DNA of 64,000 bases from Vermamoeba vermiformis (taxonomy: Eukaryota): assembly GCA_045837725.1 (NCBI GenBank), contig JBEWZL010000235.1, forward strand, positions 124,001 to 188,000. Reading direction: 5' to 3'. The position numbers and the translations under genes are program-made. Shown here in pieces: positions 1 to 14,150 of the stretch. The notes under the pieces were generated by a model. It ran no database searches. It saw only the letters and a list, made by a program, of their open reading frames with translations, and was not told where the DNA came from. Position 1 is the first letter of the stretch. Each line of letters opens with the position of its first letter.

Positions 1-1017
1 GCGGTTGCATCAGCGGGCTTGTCGAGCTTGCATTGGTAGCATTGAATACGACGGGAGAAGTTATGACCACCGCATTTTGGACAGATCCAGTCAGTACGAG
101 GCGGATGGGGTGTAGATTCCGGACGAGGATTGCTGAAGGCAAACTCGAGGTCACCACGAATAGTGCGACCCTGTGAAATCACGTCAATGCGACCGTTAAG
201 CGTATTCAAAACTTGTTGTGCTAGCTCAACGCTTTGGAACGTAATGAAAGCAAAGCCGCGAGATTCACCCGTTGTCTTGTTTTTGATAACCCGAACAGAC
301 TCTACAGGGCAATAAACCTTAAATGTATCGGCTATCTAAAATAAAAACGAATTAATTACTTGCAGACCAGCAAATTCTTCCAAGCCAAAGCAAATAAATA
401 AATTATTTCATTAGCAACATTTCAATTTTAAAAATTCGTGCTAACGATTAAAATATACTCCACGATATGTATTATTGAATGCTTGTACTTACAATGTCCT
501 CAGTAACATAAGCATCCAAACCACGCAAGATCAAAACTTTTGAAGGTTCTGCAGCTTTGTAGTCACGGTCATCATGGCGCTGATCATCGTCTCTATCATA
601 GTAGGAACGATTATCCCTTCTATCATGTCTAGAATGGTTGTCGTATTCTCTGTGGCGAGTGTCGTCTCGAGCACGAGATCTGTCTTGATCTCGGTCTCTA
701 GAGTTCCAATCGCGCTCACGACTACGCCTTCGTTCATTATTTCTCTGGAGGGGATGAAAATATGAATATAGAACGATTGGGGACCGCTATTTCTGAAAAA
801 TTCAGGAGGGTTCCGTTAGATGGACCCTTGCTGCCTCCTCTGAATTTTTGTATTTTCACCAAATATAGGGAGTTACTTGACGTACTGTATAGTCCTCGTT
901 TCTATGTCGTTGTGAATTATGTGACGAGGAGTATCTGTCTCTTGAACGAGATCTTGACCGCGAGCGGGATCGTCGTCTACGGTCATAGTCTCGGCTATGC
1001 CTATCGTTGGTACTCAT
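1..1017 (-). CDS. RS-rich RRM + RanBP2-type zinc-finger RNA-binding protein (RBM5/RBM10-like); 3' part runs off the window
   Basis: ATG at 1017 (MSTNDRHSRDYDRRRRSRSRSRS). Downstream exon gives VRVIKNKTTGESRGFAFITF (RNP1) and DWICPKCGGHNFSRRIQCYQC (RanBP2 finger). Confidence 0.75.
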
Positions 1018-1188
1018 TATTGAAAGTGTTGTGGTGTGGTGCAACCATTGGAGCGTGCTAACAGCACAGAAACAAACCACACACAAGTCACAGTGACTGA
1101 AATTTTGCCGACCAATCATTTGCAAGCTAAAATTAACTCTCTCGGTTTTGGCGAACGGAATTGATTCAATTATTATTTCAACCCAAAA

Positions 1189-2520
1189 ATGTCAGACAAG
1201 CCGGCCTCTACTGCACTTCAATTCGAGAAGCACGTAAAGTACTTGCTTTACAATTACAAAATACTGCCTGAACCGTACGCCAGTCAAGACAGTTCAAGGC
1301 TAACACTCGTGTACTTTATCGTATCAACATTTGAAATCCTCGATAAACTCGATCTCATCGGAAATAAGCAAGAAGTAATCGATTGGATTTATGGCTTGCA
1401 AGTCCTTCCTGACAAGGATGAACCAGGTAACGGCCAAAAAAATCTTTAATAATTTTAATCTCAATTATTCTTGTCGTATTAATTTATTAAAATCGATTGG
1501 AAAGTTGAATTTCTAACTTGAATATTTTAATCATAGAGAAAAACTATCAAAATTGCGGATTCAGAGGAAGTCCGTTCTTAGGCTTGCCATTTGACTGTTC
1601 AGGCGTAAGTTCGATAATAAAATTCGTGTTTAATATATACTAACGATCAGGTGCTATCAGAAACCGTGCAGTTGTCATATTCACGATCAAGGCCATCTCG
1701 CCATGACTTACGTCGCTTTATTGCTGTTATTGATTTTGGGTGACGACCTCAGTAGAGTTAACAAGAAGGGAATTATCGAAAGCATGAAGCGACTGCAACA
1801 GCCTGATGGAAGGTACTTAAAGCCATATCCTAAATCAACCAACCTGCTCTGCCGCTAATATTACAGTACTAACTTTATTTTAGCTTCGCAGCAGCACCTG
1901 GTGGCAATGAAAGTGATGCGCGCTTCTTGTACTGCGCATGCGTTATTGCACACGTTCTCAATGACTGGAGCGGCATTGACAGAGAGAAGGCCGTGCAGTA
2001 CGTGCTCAACTCACAGAGCTACGACGGAGGTATCGCGCAAGGACCTCGTCAAGAGTCACACGGTGGCAGCACTTACTGCGCTATTGCAGCACTGCATTTG
2101 ATGGGCAGACTAGACGCATTGGGCGATGAACACGACAGCAAGTCTCGTTACGCTCGTTTGGTGCGATGGCTGTTTGATCGACAGAGCGGCGGATTCAACG
2201 GCCGTGCCAACAAGCCTCAAGACGCGTGTTATGCTTGGTGGGTCGGCGCGTCAATTCTGCTGCTCGGCAAGTACGACTTAGTGCAGACCGAGCCTGCCCG
2301 TGCATTCGTCTTGTCGTGCCAGCGCGGAATGGGAGGTGTCTCTAAGAGCCCTGACACCGCGTACCCTGATGTAATGCACACTTACTTGGGCCTCGCTGGT
2401 CTCACCTTTATGAACAACCCTGAAGACATGAAGCATTTGTTGCCGGTCGATCCAGCACTCAACTGCAGCGTGAGGACGGCACAACGCTTGAAAGAATTGC
2501 ATGTAAATAATACTCATTAA
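1189..2520 (+). CDS. PGGT1B: Geranylgeranyltransferase type-I beta subunit
   Basis: LPEPYASQDSSRLTLVYF, GFRGSPF, GHLAMTY, ESHGGSTYCA, GFNGRANKPQDACYAWW and PDVMHTYLGLAGL prenyltransferase motifs; GT-AG introns. Confidence 0.9.
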
Positions 2521-2850
2521 ATATTTGTGACTATTTAAATTGGATCTGTTGCTCCGGTCCTGGCACGCACTAGAGCGAAACTGTTAGTCTTCGGGCTGCT
2601 TGTTCGATATAAAATTAATACTAAAAATAATAAGATGGTCAAAGGTGGTCTATTGATACGTCGCTGTAGCGTTGTTTTTCGTAGGCAAAGTTCGCCACGA
2701 ATGCTTTCGTCACAACAAAAAACATGAAATTTTAAAACGCAAATTCCAACCTGCCTGTAAACAACAACAGAAAGGTGCATTATATTATTTATTTAAGCTC
2801 ATAATTAAGCCAGACTACTATTTATTTGGCCCTTCTGTATTATTGCAAAA

Positions 2851-4951
2851 ATGGCTGACACAAACAAGATCAACGTTGTCGTCAAGACTTCCAGTGGCGC
2901 TAAATACGACATTAGCACTCAAACAGACATTACTGTCGAAGAGTTCAAGAAATTGCTCGAGCAGCAATCCCAAATCCCTGCTGAGCAACAGAGACTGATT
3001 TACTCGGGTCATGTTCTTAGGAATGAGCAAAAACTTTCTGACTTCGGTAAGTAATTGACAATATTTTTTAAAACAATAATTTAGCGGTTATTCTTCATAT
3101 TCTTATTTTTTGAGGGAAGTTCTGGATTTGAAAATTTTCTTCGTGTTGCAGAATTCAATCTTTTCGTAGCTCATTGTTTTTCTTTATGTAGATATTAAGG
3201 ACGGACATACTATGCATTTGGTCCGCTCCGCTCGTACTGCCCCGTCACAACCTGGTCCATCTACTGCATCGCCTTCTTCCTCCACAAGTAAGTCTTTGCT
3301 AACGTTTTTAAATTGCTATATTTTACGAGAACAATGAATTTAAAAATGTACAATCCGAACAATTAGGCTACACATCGTCAGGTCTCGGGACTGGTTTTGA
3401 GGGGGTTGGTGGCTTAGGATCTGGTTTAAATGCAAATAGCAATAATATGAATCCATTTGCTATGTTAAATAATCCCGAAATGTTGCAAAATATAATGAAC
3501 AATCCAATGGTCAGTGCGCTGCTCTCAGATCCCAATATCGTTCGAGAAATGCTGCTGAGCAATCCTCGCATGCGTCAATTGGTAGACAGAAATCCAGAGC
3601 TCAATCATGTGCTCAACAATCCTGAAGTATTGAGACAAACAATAGACATGATGCGCAATCCCGAACTCATGCGCGAAATGACACGCAACACAGACAGACA
3701 GTTAGCCAACATTGAAACACATCCTGAAGGATTCAACTTGCTCAGTCGGCTATACCACGACCTTCAAGACCCGCTCTATGATTCATTTACACCGAGCGGT
3801 CAACAAGACGCCACTTCTAACACACCGCTCGTGGATGCGCAGCGAAACGAACGAAACACAAACCCACTCCCTAATCCTTGGAGCAGTGGCAGTCAAGGTA
3901 AAATCTTTGTTCCATCGATGCGCTGGAGAGCAGAACACTTAATAGATAAGCGCATGGATATCATGGTTCATAATTACGCTCGTTGATTTGTGGACCTCTG
4001 CTCCCCTCCCCTCGAAGCCGTCCCAATTGCTTTGTAGCTCGTGCTCTTTGATCACTACAAACAATTACATTTCTAGCTCGCACTCTTCACAGGAGGTTGC
4101 TAATGTTTTTTGTTTCAGGCACGCAGCCCACAGCCACCACTGGCACGAACACTGCACAGCAGCCCAATCCTTTCGGCAACTTGTTTGGCTCAATGAACAC
4201 TGGCCAAGCTCAACCTGGAGGTGCTCAGCCCAACCCCTTCGCTAACCTCATGGGCGGTATGCCCGGAGGTATGCCTCCTGGTATGGGTATGCCTGGCATG
4301 GGTGGTGGCATGCCGCCGATGGACTTCAACACGATTGCGCAAATGATGCAAAATCCTTTCGTGCAAAACATGATGCAGCAAATGATGTCCAACCCTGCTC
4401 TCTTGCAACAAGTACGTATTATAGTAGTTGTGGTTTTAATCATCGATACTCATACTATGTTCGTTTAGATGTTGGCCAACAACCCCTTCGCTCAACAAAT
4501 GATGAACAACAACCCGATGATGCGTGACATGATGAACAACCCTGAAGTCTTGCGCCAACTCACCGACCCTGCCACAATGCAGAACTTGGCACAAATGCAA
4601 CAAGCTCTTGGTCAACTTCAAGGACTCGGTCAAGGCGGATTTGGCGGTCTTGGTGGATTCGGTCAACAACCCACTCAACCTCAGACCTCGCAACCTCAAA
4701 CCGGCACTGCTCCTCAACAACCTGGTGCTAACCCTGCCGTCAACCCCTTCGCTCAAATGTTCGGTGGTATGGGCATGCCTCAAATGCCGCAACAACAAGC
4801 TCCTCAAGAGCCTCCTGAGGTCCGCTTTGCCGTGCAATTGCGTCAATTGAACGACATGGGCTTCACTAACTACGAAGCCAACATCGCTGCATTGCAAGCA
4901 ACCATGGGTAACGTTCAATTGGCTATTGAGCGATTGTTAGGCAATATGTAA
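2851..4951 (+). CDS. UBQLN: Ubiquilin/Dsk2 (UBL-STI1-UBA)
   Basis: N-terminal UBL (EQQRLIYSGHVL), NP-rich STI1 repeats, PLPNPW motif, C-terminal UBA (QLRQLNDMGF...ALQATMGNVQLAIERLL). Confidence 0.92.
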
Positions 4952-5136
4952 GGAGGATCCGCATCTGGCGTCGAATTTGTACAATTTAGCTATTGATATG
5001 GAATTGACTATTGCCGTTTAGTACTTTTTGACAGAGCGTGTACATACTAGAATAAAATACGTTTTAAAAACAAAATTTCAATTCTTTATTAGGTGATAAA
5101 GAAAGCTTGTCTGAGTGACATTATTAAGCAAAAATA

Positions 5137-6266
5137 TTACAATGCAAAGCGAGCACTTTGCTTTTGGAACTCTTCTTCAAAGTTCTTTACGGATGTGATG
5201 CTCGGGTGATTGGCATCCACTTGTTTGAGTTGCAGCAACGTTCTGTTAATAATATCTGCTCCTTTCTTTTGATGTGCGTACACGGCAACGAGATTGGCGA
5301 GTGTCTCAGCAGACTTGGGGTTCTAAGTAATAAGAATTGGCTTAGTATTGTAGCCACGTGATTGCGAAGGACTTACCTTCTCCAGAGCTTCAAGCAAAGA
5401 CTTCTCAGCATCGTCAAATCGCTTCAAATTGATCAAAGCCATGGCAAATCCGTTCAACAGAGGTACTGAAGGACCGTATTTATCGAGCAGTTCTTGGTAC
5501 GTGTACAACGCGTCATTGGATCTCTCACCGCCCTAAAAAAATATGAGTAACGTGATCAATAGAGCCAGTGTCACTGGAATATTAAGTATAACGTACCAAT
5601 AATATATTGAGCCATGCTGAGGCTAACAGGGTCGGGATGGCGTAGTCGTATTGGGATTGAATGTTTTTCAATTCTGCTTCGGCCAAATCGAAGCGGTTCA
5701 GGCGCAAATAAATTTCAAGAATAAGGACACGACTGAATTAATAAGAAGGTTATTATTATTGCGCTGATATTAAGCAGGAATAATTTTCAAAAATGAAAAA
5801 AAATCAGTAATAATTAGTTAACTTACGCTTCGAGTGTAGGCGAGTTAAATACTGTCTTAAAAGCCTTTTCTAATAATCCCATGCGATTATATAAGATTCC
5901 TCCAATAATTTGCAACCATTTGCCGTCATCTTCTTCAGGGTTGTATTCCTCGCCCAATAATGCTTCCAATTGAGGTGCAAAATTTTCATTAATTTGCACA
6001 ATATTTCCTCCATTTGATTTTTCCTTTGTATATTGAGCCAGCAAGCGAATAGCCTGAAGTGCTTTAGATTTATGATTTTCAGGGATCTCCTCGAGCACAA
6101 TTGGGTAATTAGCTTGCTCAATATAGCATCTGTACATATAAATATCGCGTTCTAATCGGTGTGCATCAGTCTGGATCTTAGATCTGGTTCCAGCATTGAT
6201 TCCTGCTTGATAATTTCCAAGCCAGAAGAACGTTCTTAGATCAAATAAAGGATCTGGCTGTGACAT
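5137..6266 (-). CDS. COPE: Coatomer subunit epsilon
   Basis: MSQPDPLFDLRTFFWLGNYQAGIN start, ERDIYMYRCYI, TPR-like LLNGFAMALINLKRFDDAEKSLLEALEK, HP motif near the C-terminus; stop at 5137. Confidence 0.88.
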
Positions 6267-6452
6267 TGTGTTGATTTGCCTATATAGATAATAAAAATAA
6301 TTACGTGACGTTTTTTTCGGACCTGACGTCGCAGGAAAAATTAAGCCTGGAAGCCGAAAAAAATTTAAGTCCAACTTAATAGCCAGATTTGAACTTAGCC
6401 AGCGAGTGAATGACGACAACAAAGCTGAAGTGTTCATAGCCGTTGTTTTATT

Positions 6453-8971
6453 ATGACGACTAACCCGAACAAAGCGGGGAAGAAGCGGCTTTCCACACAC
6501 AAGTCGGATTACGCATCTAAATTCCCTTTACATCAAGCAGTAAAAGAAGGCGATGAAAAAAAAGTACAGCTAATATTGAAGTGAGTACACAGCCATCGGG
6601 AGTTAATCTCAAATATTAAACTCAAAATTGTAATTTTATTTTTATTCTTGAGATCGTCCATCGATTGCAAGCAATTAGCTCAATCATATTATATTAATTT
6701 AGTAATATTCTAAATATTATAAAAGAAGTTACTCGATGTCACTTGTCGAATTCTAATCGGATCTCTTACTCCAGAAATTCAAACCAATACGGCCATGTGA
6801 CTATAAACAGCATTGATACGCATCTGCACACGGCACTGCACTTAGCATGTTATAGAGGACACTACGACATCGCTGCCTGGCTCTTTACTCAACCTGATCT
6901 CGTTCCTTTACAAGGAGACGCGCAGGTACACATTCGTATATATGAACACTAATTGACTTGTTAATACTAATACTATAATTAGGGTCGTACTGCCTTGCAT
7001 TTATGTTGCCGCCAAACAGATCCAAAAAAGGCAGAAGGAACATTAAAGTGTGCCAAGCTAATTATAGAAAAAGTCGCTGAATCACGTGACGCGACTGACA
7101 CGCACGGCAAAACACCGCTGTTTGCAGCAGTGGCGCACAGACGCGTTGATTTGATGAAATTGCTGCTCGAGCACGGTGCACAAGTGAATGCAGCGGACGA
7201 TGATTATTTAGAGACACCGCTGCACTGTTTGGTGTTGACGTGCCTCAACAGCTCACCGAGCAAGCCGCACAAAGCCATGGCCGCGCTCACACTCGACACT
7301 GAGACCTTGTCGCTCGATTCTGCAAAGCTGCTCTTGTCTCACGGAGCTGATTTGAGTGCGCGCAACGTCAACGGCGACACGCCACTTCATTGTCTCGTGA
7401 CGGCGATTGCACAGGGACCGATTGGCACTGAGCTGCGGCGACTGATTGAGGTGTTTTTGGATCACAGTGAAATAGACTTTTCAGTTCAAAACAATCAAGA
7501 ACAAACAGCACTTGACATTGCTAACAAATACAAAATTCAGTGGCTCGTGGATTTAATTGCAAAGAAACAAGAAGTTATCAACATCGAGCGGTTAACCAAA
7601 AAAGGAATAACCACGTGGTGCTGCGATGAACTGTGCGTGTGGCTAAAGCTCCACGGACTCGGCGATTACGTCGCGAAATTTCGTGCCAATCACATCACTG
7701 GTCAAATTTTGGTCAACATCTGCACCAGTGAGAACTCAGATGTGTTGCGAGATGAGCTGGGCGTGCAGTCATTGGGCCACAGAACCGAGCTCAAGAACAA
7801 AGTGCTGTACATGTACAACACGCAAATGGCACAAGAACAAGCTGAGGGAGGTGACGCCACGAACAGCGGCAATGCGAATGAAGAGCCATTTGACGAACAA
7901 GCACTTAATCAGCTGTTGATCGACATCAGCGAATTTGTAAGTGCTGATGTGACACGTGACATTTTTGATTAATTAACTGGGTGCAACAGGATTTTGGCGA
8001 GGTGATTGGCAAGGGCTACTTTGGTGAAGTGCGCAAGGGTCAGTGGAAGGGCGTGACAGTGGCCCTCAAGTACATTTATCGACAGCGACAAGAACAGCGC
8101 AAGTTGCTGCAAGAGGTCTATTTGTTGAGCAGACTGCGGCATCCAAACGTGATTCAACTGCTCGGGTGGAGTCAAGGCGTGGTCAATGCAAACGAGCCAC
8201 AAACATCACTCGTCATGGCACTCGAGTTCATGGAGTACGGCGCATTGCATCACGTGATCAAACACTCGTATAAGAGCCTCACATTGAATATGAAGTGGCG
8301 CATCATGACTGATATTATTCGTGGCATGACGTACTTACACGGCCGCGGTGTCATTCATCGTGATTTGAACACCAAGAATCTGCTCGTTGACAGCAACTGG
8401 ACGACCAAGATCAGCGATTTTGGCTTATCGAAGTTATTCAATGCTGACAGAGAGATGACAACGCACGTCGGATTCTTGGTAAATATGGCACCCGAAGTGT
8501 TTAAAGGCCAGCACTACACGCAACAGGCAGACGTGTTCAGCTTTGGCATGGTGTTGTATGAGCTGTACACTGGTCAAGAGCCACACAATGTCGCACAACT
8601 TGATCCACTCAAATTCGCACATCGTATTGCTCATGAGGGATACAGGCCGCCACTGGCAGGTACGTTACTAACATTAAACACTGCACGTTGATAGAGACTA
8701 ACATTTTATAGGTGTCACGTGCGAAGGCTGTCCTCAACACGTGCTAGAGTTAGTGGTCAAGTGCTGGGACACAGACCCTTCAAAACGACCTTCATTTGCA
8801 GCCATGTTGACGGCACTCATGTCAAGCAATGTGAATAAGAATCCACCACCGAGCCCTGTCGCTAGAGCAGCTGATTCCAAGAACTCAGTTCATGTTGACA
8901 GCTCACGGATGGAGTCACCAGATGTAGATAGTAACAATTATTATATGGAAAAAGAAGGCGATGAATTGTAA
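6453..8971 (+). CDS. Ankyrin-repeat + SAM + tyrosine-kinase-like protein kinase
   Basis: Ankyrin repeats (FPLHQAV, TALHLAC, GKTPLFAA, GDTPLH), SAM (WCCDELCVWL...LGVQSLGHR), kinase motifs GKGYFG, VALK, HRDLNTKN, DFG, APE, CWDTDPSKRPSF. Confidence 0.88.
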
Positions 8972-9156
8972 ATAAAAGTAAAGTTTACTACCCATTCCAG
9001 CTAAATATATTGCTTAATTGCGGAAATTTTCACCAGTCCGTTTACGTGAGCTTGACGTGAAATGCGAAAAGAAGCTTGAGGTTCTTTCAGAATAAGCCGG
9101 CAGGAGTCAGCAATTTCCAATTGCACCACAGGAAAAACTTTACTATTATTAGGGTG

Positions 9157-12100
9157 TCAATAATACAAGCTCGATGCGAATACAATGTCACGTTTAATGA
9201 GCTGTGAAGCTGCTTCCATCTTGCTGGCGAGAGCAGTGTCACCAACGATGCGCGCTGCATTTCTGAAGTCACGACAGGTCTCGTCGAGTCTAACAATCGT
9301 GCGCACAATGGTGCCTTCAGGAGCATCGGTCAGAGTGCAGATTGACGCAAAGGACTACAGCAAAGGAGTTGTTAGTATCAAATACAAGTGGTGTAGATGC
9401 GATTAGAACGTACCATATTCCTGGCCCAGTTGTACACAACTTCCATCAGACCAGTGTTCATGGCCTCTTGAATGTAGTCTTGAGGCGTCGTGCGAATGCC
9501 ACATTGAATTTGAACGTTAGCAATGCTAATGGCAATGTTGGTCATGTGTGACTTGGCCTAATATGATGGCATTAGCGTCGATCTATTATCGTTTAAATAT
9601 GCCACACTCACCTCATCCAGTCGCTCGGGAATCTCAATCTGGACCTCAGATTTCTCTTCAAATACAAGGCACGACAAGAGAGCTGCAATCTCAGCGGGCT
9701 CGAGAGGTGTCAACACGTTCTCAAAGATCATTTCAGTGGCCAAAAGCTCATCAACCGTGTTCATTTCACGAGCCACACGACCCTTGATCTGCACGATGTT
9801 GTCTTTGTTCAAATAGCCCAAAGTCTTCAGCACTTGCACGCGTTGTTTGAACTCGGGCATGAGAATCAAGCTGTCCTCCGAGAGCAAGTGTCGCATGTTG
9901 TCCACTTGTTGTTCGACACGTGACAACTTGTCCATTTTGTTGATCTGCTTGTTGAGACTCGGGCACGTGTGGCACTTGGACTTCTCTTTGCCAGTTTGAA
10001 TGTTCTTGATTTGATTGAAGATCTCAACGAACTCCAAGTCCTTAATCTTCATGTCCTTGATTGGATCGAGGCCTGGCGGTTGCGCTGGTGCAGACTCAAT
10101 TTGCACGTCCTCAATCTGCTTCACAGTCGCTTTGATCTCGTCCTTGTTGTCACGCAATAGCACTTGAGTGACATCGACCTTAATCTTGGCCTTGCAAATC
10201 AATGACACGTCGGTGAGGGGCAGTTCAAGGACGGTGTATTGCTCCTTCAAGATTGGGCTTGCCTTGCCAGTCAGAATGAAGACAGTGACCTTCTTCTCTT
10301 GGTTGGAGGAGGTCGAGAAGTTTGATGACATGCTCATACCACCCATGCCCGCGGTAGCAACTTTCAACACAGCACCAACTTTGTTATTGAGTTTGTGCTC
10401 TTTGGAAGTTACGAGGACAATGCGACCAGCAACTAGGTACTGTCCAGCGTACGTTGAAGTCAAGATGAACTTCTGCGCTTGTTCCATCAACAATTGTTCT
10501 TGCTTGTTCAAGCTGTAATAGTTTCGAATGTCGCACTTGGGCTGCGAGTCACAAGTCAAGTCTTCAATGTCCAACAACATCGTCTCAGCGCGCTTCAATT
10601 GGTCGCGGAACTGTTGTGCTAGCTTTTGTTTTTGAGACTCACTGAAAGAGCGCTTGATCATGTCTTCCACACCAAACTCGCCTGCAAATAATTAGAGCCT
10701 GTGCGTGAAGCACAAAAGAGTCCGTACCTTCCATCTTAAACAAGTTCAAGATCATGCTGTAAGTCAATCTGAACTGACTCTCCAACTTGGTAGCACGGCC
10801 AGTCAGCATCTTGGCGAGTGAAATGGGCTCGGGCACTTGATCCGTACATAAGATAATGACAGTGCCGACAGTGTCAATACCACGACGACCAGCACGACCA
10901 CTCATTTGAATGTATTCGCCCGGCAACAAGTCGCGGAAGTCTCGACCATCGTGCTTGCGAATAGAATTAAACACTACTGTGCGTGCGGGCATGTTAACAC
11001 CCATGGCGAATGTTTCGGTGGCAAACAGCACTTTGACCAGACCTTTGCTGAACAAAATTTCGACAATCTGATAACACGTTAGGGCGAGTTGAATCGCAGT
11101 GCTATTGTACACACCTCCTTAATGATGGGCAACAAACCTCCGTGGTGAATGCCAATGCCGCGGTCCAAGAGTTCTTTCATGCGCGTGACTTGAGGCAAGT
11201 GACGGTCACTGTCTTTCAGCCGCTGCATGGCATTGTCGATAAATCGCTTGATTTCACTCTTCTCGGCCTTTGTGTTCAGATCCAGCGAACCAAGTCCGTA
11301 CGACAGTTCTTCGCACTTCCTCTTTGAGAACGCAAAGCCGACGACAGGCAACAAGTTCTTCTTATTCAACACGTTGATAATTTTGTTCCACTCAGATTTT
11401 TGCTGCAAATAATGGTTAGGTTACCTCAACTAATGCAATAGAAACATACCAATCCTGCTTTCGAAGCGGGTCTGTTGCTGCCACCGGGAGCGCCTGGCTT
11501 GTTCTTCAATTTGGCCTTTTCTTTTTTTTGGGTGAATGAATTGGCAGCAGCTTGATATCCAGTGGTCAAGTAGTTCGACTTGTTGTCGACAATTTTGTAG
11601 AGTTCTTTGTTCGCGTACAAATAATGTTCGAGAGGCACTGGTCTCTTGTCCGTTTTGAGCACAAAAATCTTCTTTTTCTTCGTTCGACTACGCAATAATT
11701 AGGACGTGCTAGTTGGGTTTTGTTTGGCTTACCCGACCCAATCAGCGAATTCATAAGTGTTGGGTACTGTGGCAGATAAGAAGATCAAGCCTACGTGATC
11801 GGGCAACATAATAATGACTTCTTCCCACACGACACCACGCTAAATAAAATATTAGTACAAATAGAATCGCCGCTAATGGATTCCATACCTCTAAGTCGTT
11901 AATGTAGTGTACTTCGTCAAAAATGACCCACTCGACATCACGAATGAGATCAGCTCCCTTGTATAACATGGAACGCAAAATCTCAGTGGTGACAATCAAG
12001 CACGTGGCTTCAGGCTTCAATGAGACGTCACCAGTAATGAGACCAACGTCTTCGAATGTGTCCTTAAAGTCTCGGAACTTTTGATTACTCAGCGCTTTGA

Positions 12101-14004
12101 TCGGTGAGGTGTAAATGACACGTGTCATGTGCTTGAGACCCAAGGCAATGGCGTACTCAGCTACGACTGTTTTACCAGCCGAAGTGTGTGCTGCCACGAA
12201 CACGGACTCTCCTTTCTCGAGGTGATACACGGCCTCTTTCTGGAAGTCATCGAGCTCGAAAGGATACTGGATACATGTCAGAATAAATGTTGCTGTTCCA
12301 GATATCACGCACCTCCAGGGCCAATTCAGGTCTCATTTGTTCAAACTCTTCATTGATGTTTTCCATTCTGTTCATTACAGCCCATTCGACGCCGCGCGAA
12401 GTCTTCTTCGAGTCTGAGTTCTCGAGGGCATTTGACAGCCACCGTGTCTCGTCTTCGAGCAGCTCTGAAATTGACTTGGGTTTCGCTAGAAAAGTTCGTC
12501 GTTAATTAATAGACATTCGAATAGGTAGACATTTAAGTTTGCATACGTTGCTCTTTTTGGGCAGGTGATTCTTCTTTCTGCTCAGCGACTTCCTCGGCTG
12601 ATTGTGCTGGCTCTTCAAGCTCATCAACTTTCTCTTCTTGCAGCTTTTTCATGATTTGCTCCATTTGCTCTTTACGGCTCTGAAGCTGGGTTAACAAAAT
12701 TCTGTGGTTAAGATCGGCTGCCATATACCTGTAAATCCTGTTCTCGTTTATTCTTTTCCACTTGATAGAAGTGATCGTCTTGTAATTCACCAAACGAAGG
12801 CAACAAGTCCAGTCTATTCGAGCTCACTGTATAACGTTAGAACATCAATTATACAAGGTTCTAATGCACTTACGATTATCAGGAGCACTCAAAGCCTCAT
12901 CAGGTACTTCGCCGACAACGCTGGGCTCTTCGTTGGTCGTGTAGTCAAATCCGAATGAGAAGCCAGGAGGTTGTTTGTACAGCGCTGTATAAGTAGTTAG
13001 AATAGGACTGTTGTATCGTTAAGACAACGACTCACATTGAGTGTCGAGATCAGTTGATTCTTTCATATTAACTCCCTTCTTGGACCTAGTAGCCACGGAC
13101 ATTTCAGCCTCCTCGAGACCACCTGTAGACACGTGTCAATTCAAACTCAGCCTCTTTTTGCTTAATATTCATACCAGGCATAAATGGAGAGTTCTTAGAC
13201 GAGCCTCGAACGAAGTCTTGCATTGAACCAGGTTCGCGTAGCAATGACGTTGAGGACGAAGGATCATTGTCCGCATTTTCAGTGTCGAGCTGTGAATGTC
13301 AGTACGTGCCATAACTATGAAGATATTGAATACCTCTTGCACGCCACTAGGCTCGCCAGTAACGTAATCTAATGTCAATTCGATGCTCTTGAATGGCTTT
13401 GAAATATCCAAGTGAAATAAATCGAATAATTCAGTCTCAGGCTCCCAAACACGAGCTGATCTATCCAACTGCTCCTCCAGTGCCGCAAAATCTTTCGTTG
13501 GATTAATGTATTGCTTTTCTAGCTCTGCTTTTGCATCGAAGGGCTCTTGAATGTGAAACGGCAGCTTGACATCACGTTAGAAGGACAAAGTAGAAACGAT
13601 GATGGCTTTTAAATCGCGAATATTGCCAGTTCTTAAGTATACAGGGACTTACCGTTGAGAGCAGTATTTCTGGATGCTTTTGTAAGGCTGCATGTTTACC
13701 GTCTTTAAAATCAATAAATTCAAATTCTCCATATTGTCCAACTTCTAAAAGGTGGAATGGATGTGCCTCTTTCAGGGGTCCTTTCAGTGCTGAAGAAAAT
13801 AATTTATTTATTTTATTTTAATTTTGAAATATTGTGGATCAATCGCCTTCACTCGATGCCATTATCTTATGCAATTATTATTTTGTTATTTGATAAATAT
13901 TTGGCCATAAATTTTGTAGACTTACGATCTGGTTTGATCGTCTCTGGCTCCTTCTCTAATTTGTCTAAATTAGCGAAAAACTCGTCTAACTCCTTGCCGT
14001 CCAT
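9157..14004 (-). CDS. SKI2: Ski2 DExH-box RNA helicase (cytoplasmic exosome cofactor)
   Basis: [61 protein letters not shown]; ends [13 protein letters not shown]. Confidence 0.93.
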
Positions 14005-14150
14005 ATTGTTTCTCTATGGCGGTGCTATTTGAAATGGTGGAACTGCGCTAAATTTTTGGCAGCTCTTCGTGTCACCGAACAAACCGGCTTGGGTAATTAA
14101 ATAATTTATTAGGTTGGATATGACTCTACAAATGCATAAATAAGATACGT

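Noticed and set aside
2541-2610. tRNA-like or snRNA-like element (GTTCGA, UUCG hairpin) after PGGT1B
   Set aside because: No acceptor stem, cloverleaf or Sm site; probably 3' UTR.
9015-9140. Possible structured RNA between the convergent kinase and SKI2 ends
   Set aside because: Only one AT-rich imperfect stem and no recognisable boxes.
12258-12275. GTATCC / TATCCTTT on the minus strand as a second U12 donor
   Set aside because: It is an ordinary CAG acceptor followed by the coding YPFELD of Ski2.
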